Below, piece after piece: positions 12,089 through 24,759 of a stretch of 33,107 nt of DNA. Origin of the DNA: Welwitschia mirabilis (lineage: Eukaryota); NCBI GenBank assembly GCA_051453625.1, contig JBOZIK010000001.1, positions 31,557,230-31,590,336 of the forward strand, given 5' to 3'. The notes under the pieces are model-generated. The model had not been told where the DNA came from. It did not search any database and saw nothing but the letters and a program-made list of their open reading frames with translations. Positions within the stretch are counted from its first letter, which is position 1. Every line of letters starts with the position of its first letter. The translations under genes and the position numbers were made by a program.

Positions 12089-14000
12089 CCTTCAACTAAA
12101 CTTAAGGAATTTAGATCATTCTTAAGTACTATAGGATATTAGAGGAGATTCATAAGTAACTTTAAAAAAAAATTTAAATCCCTTAGTAATATTTTTTAAA
12201 AATATGTTGAGTATAATTGGATCTCTAAATGTCAAGAATGTTTTTAACTTTTGAAAGATAATTTAATTAAAATAACTATACAAGAATCCAATTGCTTAAA
12301 ACTATTTCATATAATGAATGATGCATCTAATCATGCTATGAAGGCTATTTTAGGGTAAAAAGATGATGAAAATAAATCATACTCCATTATTTATATAAGA
12401 AAAATCTTAAATTTATTTCAACATAATTATATAATAACTAAAAAGGAGATTTAGTAGTAGTAATGATACTAGAACAATTTATGCATTACATTCTAGGATA
12501 TGAAGTTAAAATGCATGATGATCATAGTTGTATCATATTCTTAATGAATATAAAGGAAAAAAATTTAAGGATCATGAGCCATATATAATAGATGAAAGAA
12601 TTTTACATAAAAATCATTAAAAAAAGGAACTAAAAATGTAGTTTCATACCATCTATTAATATCAAAATATTCACATGAAGATGAACAAATAAATGTAGGG
12701 AATAAATGCTTTTATAAGATTCTCTTAAAAGTTTAGTCAAATCCTTAGTATAAAGACATATATAATTTCATAGTTGATGAGAAATTAACATCACATTAAT
12801 AATTATTTTGAAATAAAATGATTATTAAGAGCAATGAAAAATTACATATGACACAATAAAACTCAATGAAAACATGTAAGGACCATATAATTAAAAGATG
12901 GATGAAGGAGGATTTACAAAAATAAATTATTAAAAAAACACATAAGGAAAAAGGTGAAGAACATTATAACAGAAAAATAATAGAAATGAAAATTTCTAAC
13001 AATGCATATTATTATCCTACAATATTTAAAGATTCATATTTTATGTTCAAATATGTGAGAAATGCTAAAAGGAAGAAGAATTCTCTTAAATATTAGAAAT
13101 GCCATAATAATAAATTCAACAATTAGAGCCATTTAATATAGAGGGTATATTTTGCATTAGCTTTATTAATCCTTCAACATTACCTAATTAAATGAGCTAA
13201 GATTGAGGCTATGTCTCATTGTTCTTTCCAAACAAGACTACCTAATTAAATGAGCTAAGATTGAGGTTGTGTTCCATTGTTCTTTCGACACAATTATTAA
13301 TTTATATTTAGAAATATTATTTATAAGTTTAGAGAACTAGGGATTTTATTTCCAATAGGAAACTCACTTTACTAGTGGAAATTTAGGCAAAATTCTCTTT
13401 AAATATGAAATTCATCATACATTAATCATGGGTTATCACCCTCAATTAAATGGTCAATCTAAGGTAATAAATAAAGAACTTAATAAAATATTGATAAAAG
13501 CTATAAATATAAATAATATTAATTTCAAAAAAATAAATAAAACATTATGGACTAATAGGATAACTTGAAAAAATAGTATAAGATTCACATACTATGAGTT
13601 AGTATACGATAAAAATAAAACTAAGTAATTGAACTTAAGAAAAAAAAATTTAAATTAGTGAGATGATAAAAAAGAAAAATTGATGAAAAATAGATAGAAT
13701 GGGTTAATAATATAAATATCTTAGATTAAAAAACAATGAAGGCCCTTTTAAGAAAAGAAATAACACAACAAAAGATAAAAACCTTACATGATTAAAAAAT
13801 TGGAAAAATAGAATTTAAAATAAAAGACTTAGTAATGATTTATAATCCTAAGAAATCACATTACAAATAAAAGTATGAATATAATTTATCAAATCATATA
13901 AAATAATGAGATTATACATAATGAAGTAGTTGAGATTTATGGTCCAGATGAAAAAGTTACTTGTTAGGTCAATGGCCAAAAAATTAAAATTTATAAAGAT
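12089..14000 (+). pseudogene. pol: RT/RH linker, RNase H (copy 3) and integrase (piece 12089-15264)
   Basis: DASNHA from 12320; CEKC near 13055; YHPQLNGQSKVINKELNKIL near 13434-13495 (= YHPQTNGQAE..NREIK.IL); VNGQKIKIY near 13970-13995. Confidence 0.9.
13181..13293 (+). repeat. 58-bp tandem duplication inside integrase
   Basis: TACCTAATTAAATGAGCTAAGATTGAGG...CATTGTTCTTTC starts at 13181 and again at 13239. Single in the paralog at ~10808. Confidence 0.9.
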
Positions 14001-15919
14001 CAAAATTTTTAACTAGAATGTTTAGGAAATATCTTTAGAATGAAGAGAATACTCCCATTCTTTTTTTAATAATAAATTACTTCATATAATTAAATAAACA
14101 ATGTTAATTCTTTAGGATATTTTCTTTGTTAACTTATTAAGAACGAATTTGAATGATTTAGATGAAAAAAGGGTAACCTATTACAAGTTTGATAGAAAGT
14201 CATGCACTATATCATAAGTTAAGGCTCTATGAATTATTTCTTTTATATATTTTAAATCACCACAATATCCTATTATAAGTGTACAAGGGTAAATGCTCTT
14301 GAAAATAGCCCTTGGCAGTGTAATATAGTAGCTATGACAACTTCACTAAGGGGTTAAATAAACATCGTCTAGATTAAATCTTATAGGCACTTACTCCTCT
14401 AATAGTGGTTTTAGTTTCCTCATGATGATTAAAAATTGATTTTTATGATTCTAAAATTGTTAAGAAATAGTGATGTTCCAAGAGTTATCTGAGGTTTAGC
14501 TTATTACTAAAGACATGTTTAATCATAATGAAAATACATTAGTAAAAGGTCAACTATATCTTAGAGATCATATAAGGTATAGTTAGATTATACTAGTATA
14601 TTACACCTTAGTATTTTAGAAAAGGATTACCTAAAATTTGAAGTAAAGTAATAAAAAATGGAATAGTACAATACAATAATTATATGTACATGACAATTAA
14701 AATTTTATTAAAGGAGAAGGAAATCCTCTTATTTTTTAGGATACATTAAGTAATTTCATAACTATTTATTAAGTTAAAATTATAGATTCTCTTTAAAAGA
14801 AATTGTCATGAATCTTATATATTATTTATGGGGAAAAAGAGAGAAAGAGAGAAATAAAATCACTTAAACTCTTCATTATTAATAAAGATTTATTGCAAAA
14901 TTTTAAACTAATGATGAATACTCAAGTAAGATGAAAACATAAAACTAACTTTCTTAGTGAAATTTCCTTTGAAGAATGATCTTTATTATAGGTTAATTTG
15001 GTTTTTAATCATATCCTAAATCAAATTAATTTTTTTGTGATATTATAATCTTTGAAGATTTATATAAGGAAGGAAATAGATGCATCTTACTACATTCATA
15101 TAATCCTTTGAATTCGACACATTCTTCTCAATGTTTTATTTATTAAAACTTAATGCTACTAGGCTTAATGTAATATATGTATGTTATAACTAATTTCTTC
15201 TTTTTTCTAATTCCTATAGTTGGTCTGCTAACCTACCTAAAACTATATCACCAGCTAATATTTTTATTGAAGTATATATCATGTGATTTTCTTCAATTAA
15301 TTATCTTTAAATACAACCTACAATCTTAGTATCTAATTCATACAAAACACACTAGTGTACTAAGTTAACTCAAATGTCATACTCTAGAGAAAAATTTAAA
15401 AGTACATTTAGAAAATTTAATTAAAAAGGATTGAAATAATTTCCTATTTTATATTTCAAAATGATAAATGAATGAAAATGCATAAATAAGATGAAATGCA
15501 ATAAATGAATGCAAATATGAGACATAAACCTAAATGTAAACACTAAACCAAGTTTTACCAACTTGTTGTCAACCAAGTTAATCCTCATATGTTATATCAA
15601 AATAATAATTAACTTAATTTTAACATAACATATAAATAATATAAGAGAGAAATTAATAGAAATAAATTTTATTAATCACCATGCTCCTTAAATCAGTTGT
15701 AGTATAGTAACTCTTTAGTGGAGGATACATAGCATAACACTAGAGTAAGATCCTCTTAAGCTAGATTGATCTGTTGCCAAAATACTTCAATGTTCCAATA
15801 AATTTTGATTCACAAAAGATAAGAAGTGAGGAATCTAAAAAGGGGTATTTATATGTTTGAATTAACTATTCAAGTCACCAAGGGTGGTAACAAATCAAGA
15901 GTAATCATATTCCTAGTTT

Positions 15920-16093
15920 TGTAATGTCTTCTTAATGTAACATCTTCTTGATGTAATGCCTTCTTAGTTTAACGTCTTATTGAAATAATGTCTTTTTCCA
16001 TGTGTCTTCTTAATGTAATGGCTTCTTAATGTAATGTCTTCTTAGTGTAATGCCTTATTAATGTAATATCTTTTTAGTGTAATATCTTCTTGG
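15920..16093. repeat. Tandem array of ~11 x 16-bp TGTAA(C/T)(G/A)TCTTCTT(A/G)(A/G) in LTR U3
   Basis: Units read directly, e.g. TGTAATGTCTTCTTAA, TGTAACATCTTCTTGA, TTTAACGTCTTATTGA. No spacers. Confidence 0.92.
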
Positions 16094-16161
16094 TTAGGTG
16101 AAATTTACCATGATGATTCCAACACTTGATCTTTAGATCGTGATGCCTTTACTAACTGATG

Positions 16162-16248
16162 CTATCACCACATGTCTTCAATGTCACTACCATGTTACTA
16201 CCACATGTCACTATAACATGTAATTACCACATGTCATTACTACATGTC
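16162..16248. repeat. Tandem array of ~6-7 x 13-bp ACCACATGTCACT in LTR U3
   Basis: ACCACATGTCACT-ATAACATGTAATT-ACCACATGTCATT-ACTACATGTC. Confidence 0.88.
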
Positions 16249-16348
16249 TTTCTTGAATGCTTCATAATTACTTCATTTTGATTTAAATTATAGTTAATTC
16301 TTTATCTTTGATATTTGACATTAAAAGTAATTAATTTAAATATTAAAC

Positions 16349-16464
16349 TGTAACACCCCAACTTTAATTACCCTAATTAACCATAATATTTTTTTTTAGT
16401 ATTAATAACTATCATGCACAACGGAACCTAGGATCAAATCCTAATTAGACTCTATTAATACATT
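16349..16464. mobile_element. Terminus of another LTR element (TGTAACACCC, Tekay/Del-like) nested in the LTR; remainder lost in gap
   Basis: LTR homology stops at 16348 and TGTAACACCCCAAC begins. This 116 bp has no counterpart at 22169-22317 or 28490-28560. Confidence 0.6.
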
Positions 16465-16564
16465 NNNNNNNNNNNNNNNNNNNNNNNNNNNNNNNNNNNN
16501 NNNNNNNNNNNNNNNNNNNNNNNNNNNNNNNNNNNNNNNNNNNNNNNNNNNNNNNNNNNNNNNN

Positions 16565-19004
16565 AAAACATACTTTAAGCATGATATTAAACATGGCCAA
16601 TTTTGCTAGCAACATAGCCTCCTATTGAGCATTTATCAATCCCTCGCAAAGAAAGCTGAAACTAATAAAAATGAGCCGAATTAAAAAAAGGATGAAAAAT
16701 AACACTTAAGCATAAAGGATCTTACATTGTTACACATAAAATGCATCTTATTTTAGAATATCAAAAAAACATATTCTAATTAAACATCATAAGAAGAATA
16801 TGCATTAAATTTGAAACAATCATTTTAATTCTATAATAAACAAAGTCATTCTGAAGCTAATATTTCAAATATTCCAAATATTCTACCTCCATGAAGTAGA
16901 TAAATTTATCATAAATTTTAAGTAAGTTTACATGTAATTAGTAGAAGAAATAAACTAAATATTTTAAAGGATGTAAAATAAAAAGTCTAAAAAGAAAAAC
17001 ACAAACATAAAATAAGAGAGGAAATAAATCAAGACAAGCTAAGAAATCGTGAAAACAAACATTGAACTACTTATATCCTAAATCCTAATCTTTCAAAACT
17101 TGATATTTTATTTGAAATAAAAAGAAGTAAAAATCATTTTCAAAATATGAAATTTATTTTTCTAAACCTTTGTTCTTATGATAAATAAAAAAGGTCCAAT
17201 TAATAACTTTGAAATTATCTAGCTTAATGAGTAGAAATAAATACATTACATTATAACATATTCTACCTAAATTTGTTTACTTAACAATAGTCTCTTATTC
17301 CTAATTTAAAGATACATGATTTTTAATTAGTAAAATATTCTAGTTTTGTTTGAATAGCATGGATGAAAATGATAATGTACCAATTAAAATTAACATATCA
17401 TAGTTATAATCTCAAGCATTAATATAAAAGATGGCTATAAACTAATAATACTTAATAATGTAAAAATTAGAGCACACTTAGACATGTACCTTATTTTACT
17501 TTGAACTCCTTCCATTATGGAGTGCTCATTTCTAAACCACTAACCTTGTTTTTATCATAAGTGATAGGATCCATTAGATAATACATAGATTGTTAAGAAA
17601 CTTTGCCTAATCCCCAAGATATATTAAAAGTGATTATTAAACGTTCTTATATAATATAAATTGATATTTGATTTTTATTTTTTTTATTTTTCTTTTTACC
17701 CTTCCTTTACAAATATGAAAAGACACCTATGCATTATCAAAGTACTAATAACTTGTAGCCTTAATGTAAATGAAGCTGATGAAGAGATAAAGCATACAAT
17801 ATAAATAACTTAATTAATAATATTTTACTCTTCTATAATGAGAGCTTATATGTATTTAAATGACTTTTAATTAACTCAAATTCAATTTATTATCCACAAT
17901 TTACAAAAGCCTAAAATACTTTAACATACTACATAATGAAAAACTAAAGTAAAATCAAGTTAATAGATGTTGGAAACAGAAAAACTATTTGAATAATTAA
18001 AGGTAAGTGGTGGTCATATATTTAAGAAAAGATGCCTTATTAAATCAAATAATACAAGTAGAATGTAATTTCTTTGATTTGTATTTATCCTTATGCCAAA
18101 AATATAAATATTCAAACATAGCTATTGTATTGTACGTTTTTCAAAAAAATAAGAACCAAACCATAAAGAAACTAGTTGATAGACAATAAAGGATATGCAC
18201 GAATTTTTCAAAGGTATTAATTAGTAATAAATAACATGAATAATTAACACTTTGACTACAAAAAATTCATTAGCAACATGAGAGATAAAGAATTCATATA
18301 TTTTATTGAAAAACAATATTTTATTGAAAAATAATCTCTTATCAAACTCATGATATAAAGAATTTGGATGATATATTTCATTTAAGGATTAATATTAGAA
18401 ATGAAAGACATTAATGGTACTATTACAAATCTAAGAATTTTTTAGAAGAATTCTTAAAATGAATGATTAGGTCAGGATTAACATACTTAACAAGCTTCCT
18501 ATGATTTTACTCTAAGTATGTATTATCATTAAGAAGATAAGGTTTACCCCAATTCAGAATTACAGAATATTCCTAATCACACTTTAAATAGAGTTTTCAT
18601 TAATGGTATAAGGTAAAGTAAACTTATTATAAGAGGGAATAATGTTGCTTTGAGTATTACATAGAAGCATAGTTAAAAGGAATAGGGAAATATGGATCAA
18701 CTATTGAGGTTGGATTATTGGATTGGAAGCAATACGTCTATCCTTCATTAAGTTTAGTTGAATCTTCATGGATTATTCATTATTTCTTCTATTCTTATTA
18801 TTTTTTTAATCATTACTTTGTTGAATGTTAAAGAGGTCATTATTTAAATTACATGAATTAGAGGAATTAAAATAAAGTTGGTTTTTGTAAAATAACGAGT
18901 ATTTATTCTAAAGGATGATGTTGAATAAGAATTGAGGATCTAATTTGTTGCTTAAGATCAGAATTTTCTCTTATATCTTTTTGAACCACATCAAAAAGAC
19001 TCTA
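16565..19004 (-). repeat. Copy A of the element's 3' end (LTR edge, PPT, ~2.4 kb internal region)
   Basis: Collinear with 22267-24760 and, from just inside the PPT, with 19105-21437 (shared anchors such as AAAGACACCTATGCATTATCAAA and CTCTAAGTATGTATTATCATTAAGAAGATAA). Confidence 0.92.
16618..16626 (-). promoter_or_regulatory. Polypurine tract (copy A)
   Basis: Minus strand TTTGCGAGGGATTGATAAATGCTC-AATAGGAGG-CTA-TGTTGC, abutting the LTR start. Confidence 0.75.
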
Positions 19005-19104
19005 NNNNNNNNNNNNNNNNNNNNNNNNNNNNNNNNNNNNNNNNNNNNNNNNNNNNNNNNNNNNNNNNNNNNNNNNNNNNNNNNNNNNNNNNNNNNNNNN
19101 NNNN

Positions 19105-22068
19105 AGTTTATCAATCCCTCACAAAGAAAGCAAAAAAGAATAGAAGTGAACAAAGTTAAAAAAGGGATGAAAAATAACACTTAAGCATAAATGATTTTAC
19201 ATTATTATACATAAAGTACATCTTATTTTATCATATCAAAAAATATATTCTAGTTAGACGTCATAAGAATAATATGAATTAAACTCAGAAAATTGATTTC
19301 AAGTCCATAATAAACAAATTCATCCCAAAGCTAATATTTTAAAGATTTTAAATATTCCAACCCCATGAAGGAGGTAAATTCATGTTGAATTTTAAATAAT
19401 TTTACATGTAATTAGTATAAGAAAAAAACTAAACATTTCAAGAAATAAAAAGTAAAAGTCCAAAAGGAAAAATGCAAATGTAAAATAAAAGAAGAAATAA
19501 ATTAAGACAAGGTAAGACATCATGAAAATAGACATTAAACTACTTAGATACTAAATCCTAACCTCTCAAAACTTAACACTTTATTTGAAATAAAAAGAAA
19601 TAAAAATCATTTTTAAAATATCAAATTTAGTTTTCTAATGCTTGGTCTTATGCCAAATAGAAAAGGTATAGTTAATAACTCTGAAATTATCTAGCTTAAT
19701 GAATAGTAACAAATACATTGCATTAGAACATATTATACTTGAAGTTGATCACTTAACCATAGTCTCTCATTTCTAATTTAAAAATACATTATAGTTTTGT
19801 TTAAATATTATGGATGAAAATGATAATGTACTAATTAAAATTGACATATTATAGCTATAATCCCAAGCATTAATGTAAAAGATGGCTACAAATTTAATAA
19901 TACTTAATAATGTGATAATTACAAAATACTTCAAGGCATACCTTGTTTTACCTTGAACTCCTTCCATTATGGAATGCTTATTTATAAACCACTAACCCTA
20001 TTTTTATCATAAGTAATAGGACCCATTGGATAAGACATGGACTGTTAAGAAACTTTGCCTAATCCATGAGATAGATTAGAAGTAATTATTAAAAGTGATT
20101 TTATGATATAAATTGATATTTCATTTTAATTTTTCTTTTTCTTTTCCCCCTTACCTCACAAATATAAAAAGACACCTATGCATTATCAAAGTACTATTAA
20201 CTTGTAGCCTTAATGTAAATGACGTTGATGAAGAAACAAAGAATACAATATGAATAACTTAATTAATCATATTTTCCTCTCCTAGAATGAGAGCTCATAG
20301 GAATTTAAATGAGTTTCAATTAACTAAAATGTAATTGATTATTCATAATTTACAAAATCTTGAAATACTTTAACATACTACATAATGAAAAACTGAAGTA
20401 AAATCAAGTTAATAAATGTTGGAAAAAGAGAAAGTATTTGAATAATTAAGGGTAAGTGATGGTCACATATTTAAGAAAAGAGGCTTGAATAAATAAAATA
20501 CTACAAGTAGAATATAGTTTCTTTTCTTTGCATTTATCCCTATGCCAAAAATACAAATATTCCAACATAGTTATTATATTGTACTTTTTTTCAAAAAAAT
20601 AAGAACCAAACCATATGGAAACAAATTGATAGATCATAAAAGATATACATGCATTTTTTAAAGGAACCAATTAGTAATAAACAACATGGATAAATAAAAC
20701 TTTAATTTTACAAAATTCATTAGCAACATTAAAGATAAAGAATTCATATATTTCATGGGAAAATATTCTCTTATGAAACTCATAATATAAAGAATTTGAA
20801 TTTTATATTTCATTCAAAGATTAATGTTAGAAATAAAACAAGTTAATGGTAATATTATGGATCTAAGAATGTTTGAGAAAACTTCTTAAGATGAATGATT
20901 AAGTCAGGTTTAACATACTTAAGAAGATTCCTAAAATTTAACTCTAAGTATGTATTATCATTAAGAAGATAAGGCATATCCCAATTTAGAATTCCAAGAT
21001 ATTCCTAATCACACCTTTTAAATAAGTTTTAATTAAAGGTATAAGTTAAAGTTAACTTAGTAGGAGAGGAAAGGATGTTACTTTGAGTATTACATGGAAG
21101 CACAGTTGAAATGAATAGAGAAACATGGACAGATTCTTAAGGTTGGATTACTTCGTTATAAGGAATAAGTTTATCCTCCATTAAGTTTAGTTAAATCTTC
21201 ATGAGTTCTTCATTATTTCAACTATTATCATTGTTTCTTTTATCATCATTTTGTTGAAGGCTTAAGATGTCATTATTCAAATTACATGAATTAAAGGAAT
21301 TAAAATAAAATTGGCTTGTGTAAAATAAGGTTCTTTCTTCTAAAGGATGATGTTGAATAGGCATTAAGGGTCTAATTTTGCTGCTTAAGATTAGACATTT
21401 TTCCTATATCATTTTTAGACACATCAAAAAGACTCTAATAATGAGTTTCTTATTCCCTATATAGTATTTTTTCATTCCTATTTATTTCTTATTAATGCAA
21501 TAGGCTATTGCATAAAAGGCTATTTCTAAGAGTAAAAGGTATCCTTTGTTACATTCAACATCAATAATGACCATCTCTATAGGGTTAAAATATTCTTTAA
21601 TTTGTGTGATAAGATCCTTAATAACTCTAATTAGTTTTTTAAGAGTTGCATTAGCTAGTTCCAACATAATATTTATTAATTCAATCTCATTTTTCAACAC
21701 AATATTTTTGCAAATCTAAAATGATATAATGTTTGCATTATCTCCTTTATCTAGTAATGCTTTCTTGATATTTTTGCTTCCTTATAAAATAACACTAACT
21801 AGAGTAGCCTTTGGATCTTTGAACTTTGAACATTTTTGTGCCACTAGGTTAGAAAAAGAATTGGGCTAGCGATACCCTACTTGGTATGATTCTTTTTTTT
21901 TTTTCTTGACAACATCTTTTTAGACTTTGTTGTATTTAGGATTATTTTGTAACATTTTCTATAAAAAAAAAAAGGTTGATTCTCACATCTTGCATAATTA
22001 CCTTAAGATAATTATTATAGATAGGATTAGTATTTAATATTTCTAGCTAAGGGGTTATGGGTTTATTT
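19105..22068 (-). repeat. Copy B of the internal region including protease
   Basis: Collinear with ~22333-25388; bounded by 100-N gaps on both sides. Confidence 0.92.
21440..21850 (-). pseudogene. pol: Athila-type aspartic protease, copy B
   Basis: KCSKFKDPK... plus ORF 21482-21700 MLELANATLKKLIRVIKDLITQIKEYFNPIEMVIIDV...LLLEIAFYAIA, matching LQLADRS...P.G..EDVLV.V..F.FP.DFV.LD.....LILGRPFLATA. Confidence 0.85.
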
Positions 22069-22168
22069 NNNNNNNNNNNNNNNNNNNNNNNNNNNNNNNN
22101 NNNNNNNNNNNNNNNNNNNNNNNNNNNNNNNNNNNNNNNNNNNNNNNNNNNNNNNNNNNNNNNNNNNN

Positions 22169-22317
22169 TCATTAAAATTAATATCAAAATGTTTTACATA
22201 GTTTAGAAACCTTATTAATTAAAGCTTACAAAATGTGGATTATAATTTAACCTATAAAAAAAACCTAAAAACATACTTTAAACATGATATTAAATATGAT
22301 CAATTTGGTTTACAACA
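22169..22317 (-). repeat. Fragment of a 3' LTR belonging to copy C
   Basis: TCATTAAA...ACCTAAAAACATACTTTAAACATGAT...CAATTTGGTTTACAACA aligns with 28486-28560, which lacks ~75 bp of it, and with 16565-16614. Confidence 0.85.
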
Positions 22318-22320
22318 CGA

Positions 22321-22330
22321 CCCCCTATTT
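22321..22330 (-). promoter_or_regulatory. Polypurine tract (copy C)
   Basis: Minus strand TTTGTGAGGGATTAACAAATGAT-AAATAGGGGG-TCG-TGTTGT; layout typical of Athila 3' ends. Confidence 0.85.
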
Positions 22331-22703
22331 ATCATTTGTTAATCCCTCACAAAGAAAGAAGAAAATAATAGAAGTGAGTCAAATTAAAAAAGGGATAAAA
22401 AATAACACTTAAGCATAAAGGATCTTATATTATTACACATAAAGTGCATTTTATTTTAGAATATAAAAAAAAACATATTCTAATTAAACATTATAAGAAG
22501 AATATCCATTAAATTTGGAACAATGCTTTTAATTCTATAATAAATAAATTCATTCTAAAGCTAATATTTTAAATATTTCAAATATTCAACCTTCATGAAG
22601 TTGATAAAGTCATCCTCAATTTTAAGTAAGTTTATATGTGATTAGTATAAGAAATAAACTAAATATTTCAAGGATGTAGAATAAAAAGTGTAAGTCCAAA
22701 AGG

Positions 22704-22851
22704 ACAAATACAAACATAAGATAAGAGAGGAAATAAATCAAGACAAGCTAAGACATCATGAAAATAAACATTAAACTACAAATAAAAACATAAGATAAGA
22801 GAGGAAATAAATCAAGATAAGCTAAGACATCATGAAAAAAACATTAAACTC
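22704..22851. repeat. 74-bp tandem duplication specific to copy C
   Basis: ACAAATA(C/A)AAACATAAGATAAGAGAGGAAATAAATCAAGA(C/T)AAGCTAAGACATCATGAAAA..AACATTAAACT at 22704 and 22778. Single in copies A and B. Confidence 0.92.
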
Positions 22852-24759
22852 CTTAGATCCTAAATCGTACCCTCTCAAAACTTGACACTTTATTTGAAAT
22901 AAAAAGAACTACAAATCATTTTCAAAAAATCAAATTTATTTTTCTACTACTTTGTTCTTATGTTAAAGAGAAAAGTTATAGTTAATAACTTTGAAATTAT
23001 CTAACTTAATGAATAGAAAAAAATACATTGCATTATAACATATTGTACTTCAAGTTGATCACTTAAAAATAGTCTCTCATTCCTAATTTAAAGATATATG
23101 ATTCTTAATTAGTAAAATATTATAGTTTTATTTGAATAGCATGGATGAAAATGATAATTTACTAGTTAAAATTATTATATCATAGTTATAATCATAGGCA
23201 TTAACATAAAAGATAGCTACAAACTAATAATACTTGATAATGTAATAATTAGAGCATAATTTGAGGTGTACCTTATTTTACCTTGAATTCATCCCATTAT
23301 GGAGCATTTTTTTCTAAACCACTGAACTTGTTTTTATCACAAATAGTAGAATTTGTTAGATAAGGGATAGGCTATTAATAAAATTTTCCTAATCCCCAAG
23401 ATAGATTAGAAGTAATTATTAAAAGTTCCTTTATAATATAGATTGATATTTCATTTTTATTTTTATTTTTCATTTTTTCCATTTCCTTCACAAATATGAA
23501 AAGACACCTATGCATTATCAAATTACTAATAACTTGTAGCCTTAATGTAAATGAAGTTGATTAAAAGAGAAATCATACAATATAAATAACTTAACTAATC
23601 ATCTTTTACACTCCTAGAATGAGAGATCCTAGGCATTTCAATGAATTTTAATTGATTAAAGTCTAATAATTATCAATAATTTACAAAATCCTAAAATACT
23701 TTAACATACTACATAATTAAAAACTAAAGTAAAATAAAGTTAATAGATGTTGGAAAAAGAAAAACTATTTGAATAATTAAAGGTAACTAGTGGTAATATA
23801 CTTAAGAAAAGAGGCCTCATTAAATAAAATGCTATAAGTAGAATGTAGTTTATTTGCTTTGTATTTATCCCTATGCTAAATAAATATTTGAATATAGTTA
23901 CTGTATTATACTTTTTCTAGAAAAAAAAAGAACCAAACCATATAGAAACCAATTGATAGATCATAAAGCATATGCATGCATTTTTCAAAGGAATAAATTA
24001 GTAATAAAAAACTTGGAAAAGTAAAAATTTAACTCCAAAAAATTCATTAGCAACATGAAAGATAAATAATTCATATATTTTATGGAAAAACAATCTCTTA
24101 TCAAACTCATAATATAAAGACTTTGAATGATATATTTCATTCTAAGATTAATATTATAAATGAAAGACATTAATGGTACTATTATGAATCTAAGAATTTT
24201 GAGAAAACTTCTTAAGATAACTGATTAGGTTAGGTTTAAAATACTTAAAAGATCCTTAAGATTTAACTCTAAGTATGTATTATCATTAAGAAGATAAATT
24301 TTACCCTAATTTAGAATTCCAAGATATCCCTAATCATACTTTTAAAAACATTTTTCATTAAAGGTATAAGGTAAAATAAACTTAGTAGAAGAGGAAAGGA
24401 TGTTACTTTGAGTATTACATAAAAGGATAGTTAAAAGGAATAGGGAAACATGGGCAGACTCTTTAGGTTGGATTATGCATTAGAATAGATAAGTCTATTC
24501 TACATTAGGTTTAGTTGAATCTTCATGGATTCTTCATTATTTTTGCTATTCACATTATTGTTTTTATCATTAACGTATTGAATGCTTAAAAGGTCATTAT
24601 TGAAATTACATGAATTGAAGGAATTAAAATAAAGTTGATTTGTGTAAAATAAGGAGTCTTTATTTTAAAGGATTATGTTGAATAAACATTAAGGATCTAA
24701 TTTATTGTTTAATATTAGAATTTTTCCTATATCTTTTTTAGCCACATCAAAAAGACTCT

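Larger units (their letters stand above)
5394..15264 (+). mobile_element. Athila-like (non-chromovirus) Ty3/gypsy internal region, decayed, assembled as four overlapping paralogous pieces
   Basis: Gypsy order gag-PR-RT-RH-INT; RT motif MDDF; integrase ends VNGQKIKIY with no chromodomain seen. Pieces are 5394-6988, 7089-9266, 9367-11988, 12089-15264. 5' LTR and PBS not visible. Confidence 0.9.
15265..16614 (-). repeat. 3' LTR of the gag-protease element (interrupted at 16349-16564 by an insertion and a gap)
   Basis: TATTGAAGTATATATCATGT (15265) aligns with TGTTGGAGTATGTGTCATGT (27468) and stays collinear to 16348. Resumes at 16565 and ends ...GCTAGCAACA (16614). TATAAATACCCC on the minus strand at ~15842-15853. 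Confidence 0.88.

Noticed and set aside
15920..16248. Regular short repeats as a CRISPR array (also 28088-28395 and 4554-5032)
   Set aside because: Units are 10-16 bp, abutting or irregularly spaced, without unique ~30-bp spacers. They sit inside plant LTRs and no cas genes are present.
16349..16365. TGTAACA as the LTR end with CCCCAACTTT as its PPT
   Set aside because: LTR homology continues to CAACA at 16614/22317 and CAATA at 28560, and a better PPT follows at 16618 and 22321. The TGTAACACCC block is better explained as a nested insertion.
19773..19967. Hydrophobic 64-aa ORF as a membrane/env protein
   Set aside because: It depends on a 1-bp insertion private to copy B. Copies A and C hit TAG in that frame.
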